NCBI GenBank assembly: GCA_025201805.1
Contig: MU619276.1
Location: 7,512 to 71,511 of the forward strand
DNA: 64,000 bases
Reading direction: 5' to 3'
DNA from: Parasitella parasitica NRRL 2501
Lineage: Eukaryota > Fungi > Mucoromycota
Below the pieces are notes generated by a model. The model made no database searches and was not told the origin of the DNA. It saw only the letters and a program-made list of their open reading frames with translations. Position 1 is the first letter of the stretch. The number at the start of each line of letters is the position of its first letter. The translations under genes and the position numbers were made by a program. Shown one piece after another: positions 63,084 through 64,000 of the stretch.

Positions 63084-64000
63084 CTATTACAACTGTGATT
63101 CAAGATTCTTTTTATCAAGCGCATAGGAAGTATAATGCTGATTTTAAATTGTTTATATCATACACTAACTCCAGCTTCTTCTATTTACCCTTTTTAATTG
63201 ATTGAGCCATGTTTTATACCCATGACGTTAGCCTCATCCAATCAGGAGATTGTTACCTTTGTGTTGCGGGAATCATCAAGTACATTCCCATTACATTTCG
63301 GAACACGTAATAGAATCATATACCAGGTGAACTCATTATTATAGATTGTATCTTTTTAAACGTATTATATCTAATCAACATGAACACATGTGTGTATACA
63401 GTGTTGTAGAATATAACGGAAGAAATAGATACTCTTCTTTGTATTGATTTGTATCTTGATAGCACAAGATTGATTCCATTCTTGTCGATTATACTATGGA
63501 CAAGGATTGTTAGTTCATTCTCAAGATTAGAAGTTGGTAATTTATTGACAACTTGATTTAATATTTATCTGATAGTACAGCTGTGATGCTATGGAAAAAT
63601 TGTGAGCACGGAACGCGTGAACTCGGACTTGCAGATCCAACAGCTCAGGCTTTACGCATTTCGGTCTCTGCCTTCTTACCTTCCTTGTTTGCTGTTTAAA
63701 GAATAGCTACCATCAGTAAGGGTAAGCACAAGACTTTTGCTTGGTTCAACCCGCCTATTTTATGGTGTAAACAAAATGTACCGAAGGTAGACAGCCATCC
63801 ATCCTGCTCGCATGGTTTGCATCAACACTACTTGCAGAATGTTAAAGTCTCTGATTTGAAGGCCCATCACAATCCGTGAGTCTTACATTGCGGTTGAATC
63901 TTGGTACTCTTCAATTTACCTATTGGTATGTCTAGGAAGGTGTCGTGATCTGGCTTTCATACCACTATGTAGCCTTGGGTATAAGAATACCTATACAGTA

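Overview
This is eukaryotic, AT-rich, intron-rich fungal DNA, most likely from a Mucorales (Mucoromycota) draft assembly. That inference rests on short GT-AG introns, an Integrator subunit, PTEN with animal-like exon structure, a TRP-like channel relic and an IS630/Tc1 relic. About 24 protein-coding genes were identified: a Zn2Cys6 TF, two paralogous Yap-like bZIP-DUF3425 TFs flanking a small 8-Cys GPI-type protein, HTD2, a type I membrane protein, a SET/MYND methyltransferase, PRM1, a TCP11/SOK1-like protein, PKR1, YIH1/IMPACT, a MEF2-type MADS TF, RAI1/DXO, INTS4, SFH1, an unknown 566-aa hydrophobic protein, an F-box protein, PTEN/TEP1, RPL32, a TBC Rab-GAP, RRP1, MRPL31, a repeat-island gene, pentafunctional ARO1 and a low-complexity coiled-coil protein. 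The window also has one tRNA-Ser(UGA), a degenerate Tc1/mariner element, a 70-bp TIR mini-element, a perfect 7-bp array at the RPL32 promoter, a channel pseudogene and a 213-bp duplication. No unambiguous novel system is provable from sequence alone. The best leads are the bZIP/GPI/bZIP cassette, the RAI1-INTS4-SFH1 block, the 566-aa amphipathic protein and the PTEN intron conservation. All product calls come from motif recognition, with no database search, and gene ends were traced by eye.
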